In this document: positions 30,704 to 40,918 of the stretch, one piece after another | Layout: the number at the start of each line of letters is the position of its first letter | How positions within the stretch are numbered: the stretch's first letter is position 1 | Assembly (NCBI GenBank): GCA_963777505.1 | Contig: CAVZQN010000008.1 | Span: 320,001-384,000 of the forward strand | Reading direction: 5' to 3' | Length of the DNA: 64,000 bases | Source of the DNA: an uncultured bacterium | GTDB lineage: Bacteria > Acidobacteriota > HRBIN11 > JAKEFK01 | Translations under genes and position numbers: made by a program | Notes under the pieces: model-generated | The model's database searches: none | Told to the model about the DNA's origin: nothing | Seen by the model: the letters and a program-made list of their open reading frames with translations, nothing else

Positions 30704-32345
30704 TATTTATTTCGTTATTGCTGTTGCGGTTGCGTCAGCATCCCTTTTTCAGATAGCGGATCTTGATTTCTTCTGGCATCTGAAAACAGGCGACGTCATT
30801 CTTGAACGCCAGGAATTTCAAAGAACTGAGATCTATAGTTTTACCGCAGCGGGACGTGAATACATCGATCATGAATGGCTTTTTCAAGTAGTTCTTTCGC
30901 TGCTGTACTCCGCATTCGGCCCTGCCGGAGTCATCATTTTCAAAAGCATGATCATCGCATTGATGTATTTGCTTACGACAAGACATTTACTGAAAGAAGG
31001 CGCTTCCCCACTCGCCGTAGTATCGATTCAATTTCTTTCACTTTGTGGCGGCTTGCAGCGCATGATTGAAAGACCTGAAATATTCACAGCATTATTTTTT
31101 GTGATCACATTCCTGGTTCTTCATTCATTTCTCAAAAGCTGTAGCTGGTTTATTTTGTTGATTCTTCCTCCCTTGTTTGCGATATGGGCAAATTTTCATG
31201 CCGCCGTAATTCTTGGAATTGTACTTTTAGGTTGCTTCTTCGGAGGATTGCTGCTTGATTCCTTCATGAGACGTTCTGGATTGCCTGGATATTACGATGC
31301 AACTCCACGGAAACTAGGAATATTGCTGGGCATATTGATAATTTGTGTTGTTGCCACTGGCTTGAATCCTTATGGTTATCGAGTGCTGACAGTTCCTTTT
31401 GAACTAACATCCATTATCGATTCAGGAATTTTGAACAATGAAGAATGGCAGCCGCCATCACCGTTTACTTTGCCTTTCTATTACATTTGCGTCTTAGTTT
31501 CATTCGCAGTGATGCTGCTGAACTTCAGACGGTTGAGCCCAGTCCATTTTCTGCTAACAATTTTCTTTGCTTATGTTTCAATGAAATATGTCAGAAACAC
31601 GGGACTATTCTGCTGGTTTATGCCCTTGTTTCTGTCTCCGTATGCAGCTCAGATCAACGAACAGAAAATCGCTGTACGTGCAGCTGCAGTTTTTTCAGTA
31701 CTCTCACTTCTTTATTTAACAACAGCAGCTTTTCCATTCCAACGCGGCTTGGGAGTTGCATCTTATTTTCCAGAACGGATCGCAAAGTTTACAGAAGAAA
31801 AAAATCTTCAAGGCAATCTGCTAAACAGCTATTCGATGGGAGGCTATTTAATCTGGTCTCTTTATCCGGAACGAAAAATCTTTATCGATGGGCGAAATGA
31901 AGTCTACCTTCCACTGTTAAAACAAATTGTTCAGTCCCGAGCTGATAGCCGGCTTTGGAATAAGCTGCTTGCAGATTACAAAATCGAGTATGCTCTCTTG
32001 AACTACATTGACGAGCTTGAAGAAGTCACTTACATGGGAAAAAACGGTGAAATAACGAAGACTTATATGCCGTTTTCAGAAACACATTTTCCACGTTCAA
32101 AGTGGGCGCTTATTTATTGGGACGATATTGGAATGATTTTAGTTAAAAGAGATGGAGAAAATGCGAACTTGCTGCCTTTAGAATTCAAACACACCTACCC
32201 CGAAGGATCTAATTATATGGAAGCGCTCGTCGCAAATGGACGCATCTCGCGTGAAACCGCACAAAATGAACTCAAGCGGAAATTGAATGAAGACCCTCAC
32301 TGCAAACGAGCACAAATGTTGTTAGATACTATAACAAGCAAATGA
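30672..32345 (+). CDS. GT-C-like multi-TM membrane protein
   Basis: DLDFFWHLKTG, DHEWL, ERPEIF, WANFHA, LNPYG, EEWQP, GGYLIW and FIDGR motifs, typical of an uncharacterised GT-C-like family. Confidence 0.6.
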   Translation: MFMQSNYRNLSIYFVIAVAVASASLFQIADLDFFWHLKTGDVILERQEFQRTEIYSFTAAGREYIDHEWLFQVVLSLLYSAFGPAGVIIFKSMIIALMYLLTTRHLLKEGASPLAVVSIQFLSLCGGLQRMIERPEIFTALFFVITFLVLHSFLKSCSWFILLILPPLFAIWANFHAAVILGIVLLGCFFGGLLLDSFMRRSGLPGYYDATPRKLGILLGILIICVVATGLNPYGYRVLTVPFELTSIIDSGILNNEEWQPPSPFTLPFYYICVLVSFAVMLLNFRRLSPVHFLLTIFFAYVSMKYVRNTGLFCWFMPLFLSPYAAQINEQKIAVRAAAVFSVLSLLYLTTAAFPFQRGLGVASYFPERIAKFTEEKNLQGNLLNSYSMGGYLIWSLYPERKIFIDGRNEVYLPLLKQIVQSRADSRLWNKLLADYKIEYALLNYIDELEEVTYMGKNGEITKTYMPFSETHFPRSKWALIYWDDIGMILVKRDGENANLLPLEFKHTYPEGSNYMEALVANGRISRETAQNELKRKLNEDPHCKRAQMLLDTITSK

Positions 32346-33343
32346 AAAGAATTTTTCTGCTTCCCATTTTTTTGTTACTGCTAACTTCATGCAATTCATC
32401 GAATAAATTAATCTGGCAATGGACACTCGAAAGCCGTTGTTATGCTCAGCCGATCATTGATGGCAAGAACGTTTATGTTGTATCCCAGTCAGGCGAAGTC
32501 ATTTCAGGTGAGTACACAACAGGGAAAAAAAATTGGTCTATTAAGGCAAATGGACCGGTCTTAGGAGATCCGGATTTCGATCAAGACAAGGTATATGTTG
32601 CCACTCAAAATGGATCCGTTCTTGCGTTAAAAAAAGGAAATGGAAGCGTAAGCTGGAGCGTCAATTTTCCGGAAGAACATTTCACAGCACCACTGACAGT
32701 TGTAAAAGATATGGTTTTGGTTCCTTCAAGAACTGGCAACTTATATTCCCTTTCGGTTTCTGATGGCACCTTGCGTTGGAAACTTGAAGGAAACGCAAAA
32801 TACAACACAAAAGCAATCTCGCAAGGTTCTCATCTTTTTATCGGAGGATGGGGACATGATTTTTATTGTTTAAATCTGGATGGTTCAATCAACTGGAGAT
32901 ACAAAGCTTCGCATGTCATTGTTGAAAACGCAATGATCCATAAAAACACTGTTTATTTTACGGCACACGATCACTTTGTATACGCTTTGGACTTACAAAC
33001 AGGCCGTTTAAAGTGGCGTTTTCGAGCAGATCATCCAGATCCTACAGAAATGATATTGATTGGAAATGAAATCCTTTTTGGTTCAGCAGATGCAATCGAA
33101 GTCCTGGATCCTCAAACCGGAAAAAGGATTCGCCAAATAAAAGCCCAGCGAATTGTTGAACGCATCTACCCCTTGAACGACAAAGTTGTAATGGTTTCAA
33201 AAAACATCTACAAAATAGAACCAAAATCAGGAGCTATAGAAAAACTCATTTTAGACAAAGGCCCCTTTTTTAAGATCGCATTTACACCAGACCGATATAT
33301 CGTCTCCGATGAACTCTCGAGCATTTATGGTTATTCTTTCTGA
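32342..33343 (+). CDS. PQQ-like beta-propeller lipoprotein (BamB-like repeats)
   Basis: Lipobox LTSC; YALDLQTGRLKW-type blades. Confidence 0.85.
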   Translation: MKRIFLLPIFLLLLTSCNSSNKLIWQWTLESRCYAQPIIDGKNVYVVSQSGEVISGEYTTGKKNWSIKANGPVLGDPDFDQDKVYVATQNGSVLALKKGNGSVSWSVNFPEEHFTAPLTVVKDMVLVPSRTGNLYSLSVSDGTLRWKLEGNAKYNTKAISQGSHLFIGGWGHDFYCLNLDGSINWRYKASHVIVENAMIHKNTVYFTAHDHFVYALDLQTGRLKWRFRADHPDPTEMILIGNEILFGSADAIEVLDPQTGKRIRQIKAQRIVERIYPLNDKVVMVSKNIYKIEPKSGAIEKLILDKGPFFKIAFTPDRYIVSDELSSIYGYSF

Positions 33344-33371
33344 CGACAAAAATGCTTCTTCAAAACAAAAA

Positions 33372-33392
33372 CTGTCAAAATCACTGTGACAG
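33372..33392. promoter_or_regulatory. Candidate upstream activator site for a sigma54 activator
   Basis: Inverted repeat CTGTCA-N9-TGACAG about 95 bp upstream of the -24 element. Confidence 0.5.
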
Positions 33393-33485
33393 AAAGTGGC
33401 AATTGGCCCACAAAGAAGCTCGGCTCGATTTTAGTAAGTGTTGAAAATAAGAGACTTACCTTGAATCGTTCAATCAGGTTTTGCA

Positions 33486-33501
33486 TGGCATTAAACTTGC
33501 T
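33486..33501 (+). promoter_or_regulatory. sigma54 (-24/-12) promoter of the major pilin
   Basis: TGGCA-TTAAAC-TTGCT has the exact GG-N10-GC spacing and lies 40 nt before the pilin ATG. Confidence 0.75.
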
Positions 33502-33540
33502 CATTCAGGGGTTGAAGCGAAAATACCACAAGGAGGTACA

Positions 33541-34005
33541 ATGAGAATTAGGCTGAACAAGAAGGGTTTTACCCTAATCGAGCTTCTTATCGTTGTGGCT
33601 ATTATCGGAATCATTGCTGCTATTGCGATTCCAAACCTGTTGAATGCAATTCAACGTGGAAAGCAAAAAAGAACAATGGCCGATATGAGAGCCATCGGAA
33701 CTGCAGTTGAAGCATTTGCCGTTGATAACAACCGTTATCCCGACAGCGCATCACCTGTCACAAACATTACAGATGACTTAGAGCCGGTATACATTAAAAA
33801 GTTGCCGGTAACTGATGGATGGGAAACAGCATTAGATTATGTTGCCTATCCCGCAACTGCGGCTCAAAGTTATTCATTACAGAGTGCCGGAAAGGATAAA
33901 ACCTTCGATTTCCCGTGCAACAAAGTAATTACGACAAACTTTAACAACGACATTTGCTTTTCTCAGGGCAGCTTTACTCAGTTCCCCGAAGGAATCCAGC
34001 AATAA
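33541..34005 (+). CDS. Type IV pilin / GspG-like major pilin
   Basis: Class III signal KKG|FTLIELLIVVAIIGIIAAIAIP; AAGGAGG RBS fixes the start at 33541; C-terminal Cys pair. Confidence 0.9.
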   Translation: MRIRLNKKGFTLIELLIVVAIIGIIAAIAIPNLLNAIQRGKQKRTMADMRAIGTAVEAFAVDNNRYPDSASPVTNITDDLEPVYIKKLPVTDGWETALDYVAYPATAAQSYSLQSAGKDKTFDFPCNKVITTNFNNDICFSQGSFTQFPEGIQQ

Positions 34006-34009
34006 GTCT

Positions 34010-34050
34010 AAGTGGTCCTATCGAACTTAGTTCATAGGACCACTTTTTTA
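34010..34050 (+). terminator. Rho-independent terminator after the major pilin
   Basis: AAGTGGTCCTAT(C)GAAC-tta-GTTCATAGGACCACTT followed by a T-tract. Confidence 0.8.
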
Positions 34051-34078
34051 TTTTCTCTGGTCAGGGTATGGTAGTGTT

Positions 34079-34540
34079 ATGACGCTAAGGGGTCGGGGGC
34101 CAAATAGCAAGGGATTCACGCTTGTAGAATTACTGATTGTTGTAGCCATTATCGGCATTCTTGCGGCAATTGCGATACCAAATCTATTGGATGCACTTGA
34201 TCGTACCCGACAACGGGCAACAGTAGCAGAAATGAGAACATGGGGAATTGCATTAACGGAATATTTTTCACAAAAAAGTCTTTACCCTCCACCTAATGGA
34301 CCATTTCAAATTACTCCGGCGTTTCAAGCTACTCTTGTTCCATTTGCAATCAACACAGTAACGCTGGATGATGCTTGGGGATATAATTTTTGGTATGAGT
34401 CAGATCTGACAAGTTCCTTTACGTTTCGATCCTGCGGTAAAGACGGAATTTGTGGCCTGGGTGTAACTCCATCGACCTGGATTAATTACAATTTAGACAT
34501 CGTGATGAACGATGGATTTTTCGTTAACTCACCGAGCTAG
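34079..34540 (+). CDS. Second type IV pilin-like protein with C-terminal Ser
   Basis: SKG|FTLVELLIVVAIIGILAAIAIP; paralogous to the first pilin; ends FVNSPS*. Confidence 0.9.
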   Translation: MTLRGRGPNSKGFTLVELLIVVAIIGILAAIAIPNLLDALDRTRQRATVAEMRTWGIALTEYFSQKSLYPPPNGPFQITPAFQATLVPFAINTVTLDDAWGYNFWYESDLTSSFTFRSCGKDGICGLGVTPSTWINYNLDIVMNDGFFVNSPS

Positions 34541-36420
34541 TGCGTGTTTTTCTAAATCCAAAATACCTTCCTTTCTTCGTTCTCTTTGCACTCCTTCCAT
34601 TTTTTGAAGGGTTAAGAACTTCAACCGGACTTTTTCTAGTCCACTCACTCATCCTCGTTTCCTTTCTGTTTACAATTCTTTATTACAACAAGATTTGGAT
34701 GCCGCCATATCTCAGTGGCTTTATTCCATTTCTTGTAGTCCTGGTACTGAGCCTGTTTGTAGCGCCCTACAAATATTCAGCATTCTTAGATCTTTGGGAT
34801 TATTGGATGGCGGCTGTGTTTGCCATTTTGATGTATTCATTTTTGAAAGAAAATGAAGACAAAGCTGAAGAAGTCGCATTTAATGCTTTTTTGCTCTGTA
34901 TTATAGCGCTCGTCATTACCGTTTTATTTATTCCGAATATCAACAAAATACGTTGGAGGGGTTCATTTGTAAATCCGACGGATTTCGGAACATTTTGTCT
35001 CTTGTTATTTGTGTTTGGACTTTTCTGGTTCGAAAGAGCAAGCAGCGCTCACAAAAAAGTAATCACATCCCTCTGTCTTATCTTTTTAGTTGTATCTGTT
35101 GCGATGGCATCCTCACGGTCAGTTTTACTCGCAACCTCTGTGATACTTATTTACTATCTTTGGAAAAAACGCGCATCTCGTCTTATTTATGCTTTTCTAG
35201 CCATCGCATTGATTGGAAGTGCAGCGGTCGTATACATCAGGCTTTTTCATTATTCAGATCCATTTCAATATTACAGATTCAAGATCTGGAAACACTCACT
35301 TCAAGGAATTATGCAGGATCCCTATCTTGGAATAGGTCTGAATATGCTTCCCTATCGCGCAGGGCAGTTTAATTTTCCTGCCGAGCAAGAAGTCGGACGA
35401 TATTCACGAATTGCGACTTCGGCTGACAATCAATATTTTCAGATTCTGATTGAGACAGGATTTCTCGGATTTTTTCTATTTCTAATTGGCTGGATTGGGC
35501 TTTATTTTGGATTAAGAAAACTTCCACAAAGATTTCTTATCTTTCACGGCGCTTACTTTATAATCTCTATTATTTCTTTATTTTCGATTCCTTTAGAAAA
35601 CACCGCGGTCTTATTTCTCTTTTTGTTTCTGATTTTATTTCCATTTGTGTTCGATCCTGAAGCAAAATCTAGATTCTGGATTCCTGGAAACATATCAAAG
35701 ACTCTAATCACAATTGGTATCGTTGGGATCTTCATATTCGCCGTGTTTTGTCCTTACAAGGCGGATCAGGAATTCAATTCATACCTTCAGAGTCAAGATC
35801 CAAAAGAGGCTGAAAAACATCTTCGCACTGCACTCCGTTTGAATCCATTCCAGCCTTATTATCGGTTTGCTGTCGTCCGGAGAGTAGTCGATTCGCGTCC
35901 ACAACTATCAAACGATCAATGGGAAGGACTTGCTAAGCGAATGGACTCTTTGATTACACTCAATCCTCTGGAAGCTGAGTTTTACACTTATAAGGGAAGA
36001 ATTTTTCGGAATCTTTTAGACAAAACTTCCAGCCCAGGCCACTACAACAATGCGGTTGCCTCGTATCAGCTCGCGATTCAAAGAGTACCCTATAACGTTT
36101 TCTTACGAGCCGAATATGCATTCTTCGAGGTTAAGTCAGGACATCTTGATCGAGCGGAATTTGAATTGCATCAAATACTTAAACTCGAACCTGCGTTTTT
36201 AAATGCACGTTTATTACTTGCCGAGATCATGCTGAAACGCGGCGATGTTGAATCGGCAAGGAAACACTTTCTCGAAGAGGATCGATTACAAAAAAAGCAT
36301 GCAAATTTGAACTATTCTGTTGATGAACCTTATGTGCGAAAATTGATTCAGGTTGATGATTCCCACAAAGATAGAATTAAGAAGCTGATTTTTGATGCCT
36401 CAACATCTTCAACTCCCTAA
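34540..36420 (+). CDS. O-antigen ligase / O-oligosaccharyltransferase-like protein (Wzy_C) with C-terminal TPRs
   Basis: RWRGSFVNP, SSRS, RFKIW...PYLGIG...SADNQYFQILIETGFLG; TPR-like helices (ALRLNP, ILKLEP). Confidence 0.8.
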   Translation: MRVFLNPKYLPFFVLFALLPFFEGLRTSTGLFLVHSLILVSFLFTILYYNKIWMPPYLSGFIPFLVVLVLSLFVAPYKYSAFLDLWDYWMAAVFAILMYSFLKENEDKAEEVAFNAFLLCIIALVITVLFIPNINKIRWRGSFVNPTDFGTFCLLLFVFGLFWFERASSAHKKVITSLCLIFLVVSVAMASSRSVLLATSVILIYYLWKKRASRLIYAFLAIALIGSAAVVYIRLFHYSDPFQYYRFKIWKHSLQGIMQDPYLGIGLNMLPYRAGQFNFPAEQEVGRYSRIATSADNQYFQILIETGFLGFFLFLIGWIGLYFGLRKLPQRFLIFHGAYFIISIISLFSIPLENTAVLFLFLFLILFPFVFDPEAKSRFWIPGNISKTLITIGIVGIFIFAVFCPYKADQEFNSYLQSQDPKEAEKHLRTALRLNPFQPYYRFAVVRRVVDSRPQLSNDQWEGLAKRMDSLITLNPLEAEFYTYKGRIFRNLLDKTSSPGHYNNAVASYQLAIQRVPYNVFLRAEYAFFEVKSGHLDRAEFELHQILKLEPAFLNARLLLAEIMLKRGDVESARKHFLEEDRLQKKHANLNYSVDEPYVRKLIQVDDSHKDRIKKLIFDASTSSTP

Positions 36421-36453
36421 CGCCCTCTTCAGAAAACGAAATAGAACAAAAGA

Positions 36454-37191
36454 ATGACCGCAACCGGCGAATCGATTTCTGTAGTAATTCCAGCTTTCAA
36501 TGAAGAAAAAAGAATTGAAGCGCCTGTTAACGGCGTAATTGAATATCTAAGCAGTCGTTTTGAAAAGTGGGAAGTAATTTACTCTGATGATGGCAGCACC
36601 GATGGTACGGTGGATAAACTGATTGGAATTCAGAAAAAGCATCCAGAGATTAAGATTATTCGAACAGATAAAAATCATGGCAAAGGATCTGCTGTAAGAA
36701 ATGGTATGAAAGCGGCCACTGGTGAGGTCGTTTTGTTTTCGGATACTGACTTCAGTACTCCGATTCAAGAGACAGACGCACTCCTTACGCATTTGAAAAA
36801 TGGTTATGATGTCGCGATAGGCAGTCGAGGTCTTCCGAGTTCCAGGGTTGAGATTCATCAAGCTATGCCTCGCGAAATAATGGGTAAGGTTTTCAATCGA
36901 ATTCTTAGAACGCTATTACCGCTGGAGTTTAAGGATACGCAGTGTGGCTTTAAGATTTTCAGCCGGAAGGCTGTCGACCTCATCCTGCCACGAATGAGCA
37001 TTAACGGTTTTGCATTTGATGTGGAAATATTGATCATTTCCCAGGTTAATAATCTCAGGATCATTGAAGTGCCCGTAATCTGGAGGAATGTCCTTGATAG
37101 CCGGGTACATCCAGTGCGAAATTCGCTCGAAATGTTGCGCGATGTGATGCAAATCCGTTCGAGACTGAATCACAATCTTTATTCACAGTGA
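36454..37191 (+). CDS. GT2 polyprenyl-phosphate glycosyltransferase (Dol-P-Glc synthase-like)
   Basis: VVIPAFNE, DDGSTD, HGKGSAV, FSDTD, DTQCGFK and FAFDVE motifs. Confidence 0.9.
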   Translation: MTATGESISVVIPAFNEEKRIEAPVNGVIEYLSSRFEKWEVIYSDDGSTDGTVDKLIGIQKKHPEIKIIRTDKNHGKGSAVRNGMKAATGEVVLFSDTDFSTPIQETDALLTHLKNGYDVAIGSRGLPSSRVEIHQAMPREIMGKVFNRILRTLLPLEFKDTQCGFKIFSRKAVDLILPRMSINGFAFDVEILIISQVNNLRIIEVPVIWRNVLDSRVHPVRNSLEMLRDVMQIRSRLNHNLYSQ

Positions 37192-37201
37192 GAGCTGTGT
37201 T

Positions 37202-39227
37202 TTATTTCAGGATGAAAATCTGAATGGAATTTTTTCCGGAGCGAAAAGATTCTTCAGGCACCATAATTGCAAACCCATGGTTGCTGCTATCCACTGGAAA
37301 CGTGCGAGCAGTTCCGCGAATTACTCCATTTACACCCGCTGCCAACCAAATGTCACCGGCTTTCGAACTGCCAGATTGAATCCTTCCCTGATATAAGCGC
37401 AGGAACATATCCAGAGTCAGGGTTCACATCTTCAAAAAGTTGCGGAGAAGCGAGCGAATGGGATGCAGGTTGAAGGTCTTTCACGGAACGACCATATAAA
37501 TCTGGGAATTGTCTACAAAAGAAGAGTCCATTGAATGGACGATCGGTGCCGAAGTGCGATTGAATGGTTAAAGCATTGCCCGAAATGCCGAAATCACGAA
37601 AAGATTTAACCATACCTTTCTTGTCCATCCATTGATAAGCGTGTCGTTCAGCGCGAACCCGATAATTTTCATCAATTGCGGATTGTCCATCCACTTTCCA
37701 TGGAACTGAAATTTTTAGAGAAGCGGCAATGGAAGGTAAAATGTCGATCGTTTCTACAGGCAGATCACTGATTCTTCCTGAATTTTGATTTGGTTGTTTG
37801 ATGAACAAAGGTATTGAAAGAATGTCAGCTCGATTTGTGTCTGTTAGAGTTCTTCGCTGGTCTCCAAATTTAAAACTGATTCCATGATCCCCTGTTATAA
37901 CGATCACTGCTGAATCAAATAGATCAACCTCTTGAAGTCTTCGCATCAGGCGTCCAATTTCGTGATCCACGAGACCTGTCTGCAGCATATGACGTTGCAG
38001 TGCTCTCTGTGCAGTTACTTCATCGCCCCAATTTTCGCCGCGATCTTCCATCGTAGGCTGAGCGTAACGGGCGAAATTGTAATCGACACCCGATGGAAAA
38101 TATTGCCAGGGCCCATGAGGCAAGATTGTGTGTTTGAAGAATAATCCAGGCCTTTTGCTCTTCTTTATTTGAGAAATAAATAATTGTAGATTCTCATCGC
38201 GGCCCAGAACTTTATCACGTTTCGATTTCGTTGAGCTTCCTGACTCCCAAAAATTACTCCAGGTTTGTTGAATGGAAGGAAAATGTTGAGCATAAGATGG
38301 CGGCAAAACAGTTTGTAAAAGTACTGCGGCTGCATCGCTCAGCATACCTGCTTGATTATCAACAAGACTCGAATGTTCAACGCCGGCGCCTGCTTTTATT
38401 GGGTTCAATGAACTGACAACCTCTTGAATATTCATTTCATAAGTCTTGTTTAGAAGTGTGAAAAGGTTTTCCGGATGATCAAAAATTGTTGGAAGTGATT
38501 CTCGATTCGGGTATCGGCCCGTAAGCAAGGCAGTCACTGCTTCTTGAGTTCTGTCGCTTACGCTGCTTGCGCGTCTAAACCAGGTAGACGTTTCTGCAAG
38601 TTTGCAGAAATTTGGATATCTCTCACAATCAATGTTTCCTTCTTTATTCAGCAAAATGCTAAGAGGAAATTCATCGCAAATCAGGATTACAACCGGCGCT
38701 GTCGCGTCAATTTGGTAAACAGGTATTGCGGGACTTTTCGCAGAAACAACTTTCGAAATCGCTGGAGCCAGCAAAAACATCGCGGGCACAGCCACAATGG
38801 CAGGAAATAAGAAAACGAAAAATGATTTTATCGCAGGAATACGATTTCTCGCGATTACGATGAGTCCTCCAAAGATAATCGATAGGATCAACTTTACGGA
38901 ATCAGGCATCATCCTCATGTTTCGGGTGAATGCTAGAAAAAAGAGAGCGATAAGAGTGGCTATTAGAAACTCGTGAAAGTATTTCCTCGTCTTTGCGCTG
39001 AAGACGCCGATAATCAATTCGATAAACCACAGGCAAAGAGGAATCCCAATTGCAACAGCTGCAACAAACACGAACACTTCCAGGCTTGAGTTTCGGCGAA
39101 CGAGGAAAAATTCGGGACCTTTCGAAAGAACATTAAAAAGAGGCTGAGCGATCGCCAGGTTTGTTAACGCGAAGATTTCAATTGCGGCAGGAAACCAGGA
39201 TTCTTTGCCAGCCCGGTTCAGACTCAT
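37202..39227 (-). CDS. Membrane-anchored sulfatase-like / LtaS-type phosphotransferase (paralog 2), apparent +1 frameshift near 37387
   Basis: Paralog of 13774 (shared LA.AQPLF.VLS.G.EFF, DEFP, LPH.PW, T.DHG; nucleophile-position Thr in SDRTQEA). Removing one base joins GYVPALIS-GRIQ...GVNGVIR, matching the paralog's tail. Confidence 0.8.
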
Positions 39228-40652
39228 TGAGCTTTGGGTTGGAGAAAAAATAAGACTCTAGTTTGGTTCGAGAGTTCTTCCCGAGCTTGAACATGAAAGT
39301 GAGCTGAAATTAGCTTTTCAAATATAGGAAGTGTGTATTCGGAATATTGATCATCCTTGTTACGGAGCAAGTGACGCACCATTGGATCTTCCTTCGTTGG
39401 AAATTCAATGATGATTGAAGCTCCTATTTCAGATAACCATCGGACAAACTCATCTAATGGTATGTTTGCGCTTATGACCATGTGATGGACCAGCGCAAGA
39501 CAAAGAATTAAGTCGGGCTTACCGCGCTCAATTAGTGATTTTCTTTCTTGTCCGCGCCATCCTAAACCAGGTGATGAATCAGCAAGGTTCATGACTAAAG
39601 GAAGAATGTTCGTAGACTTTTCTGCTTTCAACTGATGGTAGAGTCTTTCAACAGTTAGATGATCGGCATCCATTGCAACAACATAGTTTGAATTTTTTGC
39701 TGCAATTCTTGAAAATACCCCAACGTTGCAACCGAGATCCCAGACTAAATTCCAATGTTTCGATTCTGCAGCCTTGCGGACAAAATCAACTTTCTTGCTC
39801 TGATCTTCAGACGAATACGAATTATCACTGGCATAATCCGACCACTCAGATTTGCGCTCTTTTCCATTCAAGTCTTTCTACAATTTTGCGGAGACCAAGT
39901 ATGTTTCTTCGGATCAACTCTTCACTAAATCCGACGGATTTTAGTTCCGATCGAACACTGGAGGGGTTGTTTCCATATTTGGTCTGAAGCTTGCCTTGAA
40001 GATAAGCGTGCATAAACACGCCACGCCGGAATAAATCTCTCAGACTGATCAAACGAGCAAAACTTTCAACAGGAATTCCGTCAATCGATCCGCGCATCCA
40101 TGAATGGTACGGAATTTCTTTGTAAGAAATCAGCAAGAGTGGAAACAGATACATTTCACAAAACTGTTTATAGCCGGTCCAGGGTTCTCCTTTTGAAAGT
40201 TGTTTGAATGAAAGGATGTCAATGAATACAGGATTCGCTCCTTTCCACTGGACATTGTATGGCGTTGCATCTTTGAGAATAAATCCTTCATGAAGCGATG
40301 CTGTCAGAAGTTCCAATTGCAGGATCGCAGCATTTTTAAGCATGCTGAATGTCCACTCATAGGGATACGAAACAAATGGAATTCTTTCATGCTTCAAAAC
40401 TCCAGCCCAATTTTCAGCAAAATCAAAATTCTTAAGAGCGTCATTTCCAATACGCTCGGTTGCAACCAATCTTCCTTGCGCCATCTGTTCTTTATAAAAC
40501 TTTGATTTCGACAGTGATTCCCAAATGGAAAGAGCTTCATTGGACAAGACTCTTAAAACAGAGTCTGAAGAATAAACGATTCGCCCGCTGCGATCACGAA
40601 AAGAACCTTCTTCAAATCGGGGGCTTTCTAAAGATTGATCGAGGTAGGTCAT
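39224..40652 (-). CDS. NoeA-like protein: kinase-like N-domain + class I SAM methyltransferase, apparent +1 frameshift near 39861
   Basis: SFRDRSG, SYPYEW, LKDATPYNVQ and PVFIDILSF; C-terminal WDLGCNVG, SPGLGW and LALVHH. Removing one A joins LEWK-ERKSEWSDY. Confidence 0.75.
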
Positions 40653-40675
40653 GAAACGATAGCAGTCACGGAAGT

Positions 40676-40918
40676 TTAGCCTTCAGAACTGCTGGATGAT
40701 TCGGAGTCGTTTTTCTCAGGTAAATCGTCTTTCCGGATGCGAAGGACTGTTAGAATTCGATGCCACATTAACTTGATCACGACGGCAGCGGCTGCAACAC
40801 CGCCCAACAAAACCTGCAGCACCATACTTCCTGAACCTGGATCCAGATAAGCATGAGCCGGCGACGTCAGAAATAAAAAAATCCCTATTGCTATTAGAGC
40901 TACCTGCAACCCCTTCAC
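40676..40918 (-). CDS. Small exported membrane peptide, AHA|YLDPGSGS type
   Basis: Signal peptide ending PAHA, then YLDPGSGS, a TM helix and a charged tail. GTG start at 40918 chosen from the upstream -10. Confidence 0.75.
   Translation of the reverse strand: MKGLQVALIAIGIFLFLTSPAHAYLDPGSGSMVLQVLLGGVAAAAVVIKLMWHRILTVLRIRKDDLPEKNDSESSSSSEG

Noticed and set aside
33430-33460. IHF site between the UAS and the sigma54 promoter
   Set aside because: TAAGTGTTGAAA is one base off the YAANNNNTTGATW spacing; plausible but not supportable.
33481-33540. Longer N-termini from the ORF track for pilin 1 (also panB 17643, 48644, 59215, 42426)
   Set aside because: RBS position, promoter overlap or stop/start coupling favour the downstream ATGs.
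33541-34540. Conductive e-pilin interpretation
   Set aside because: Both pilins are full length and lack aromatic residues at mature positions 24 and 27.
12330-39870. Programmed ribosomal frameshifting at the four split genes
   Set aside because: No shared slippery motif or stimulatory element was seen; sequencing error is the simpler explanation.
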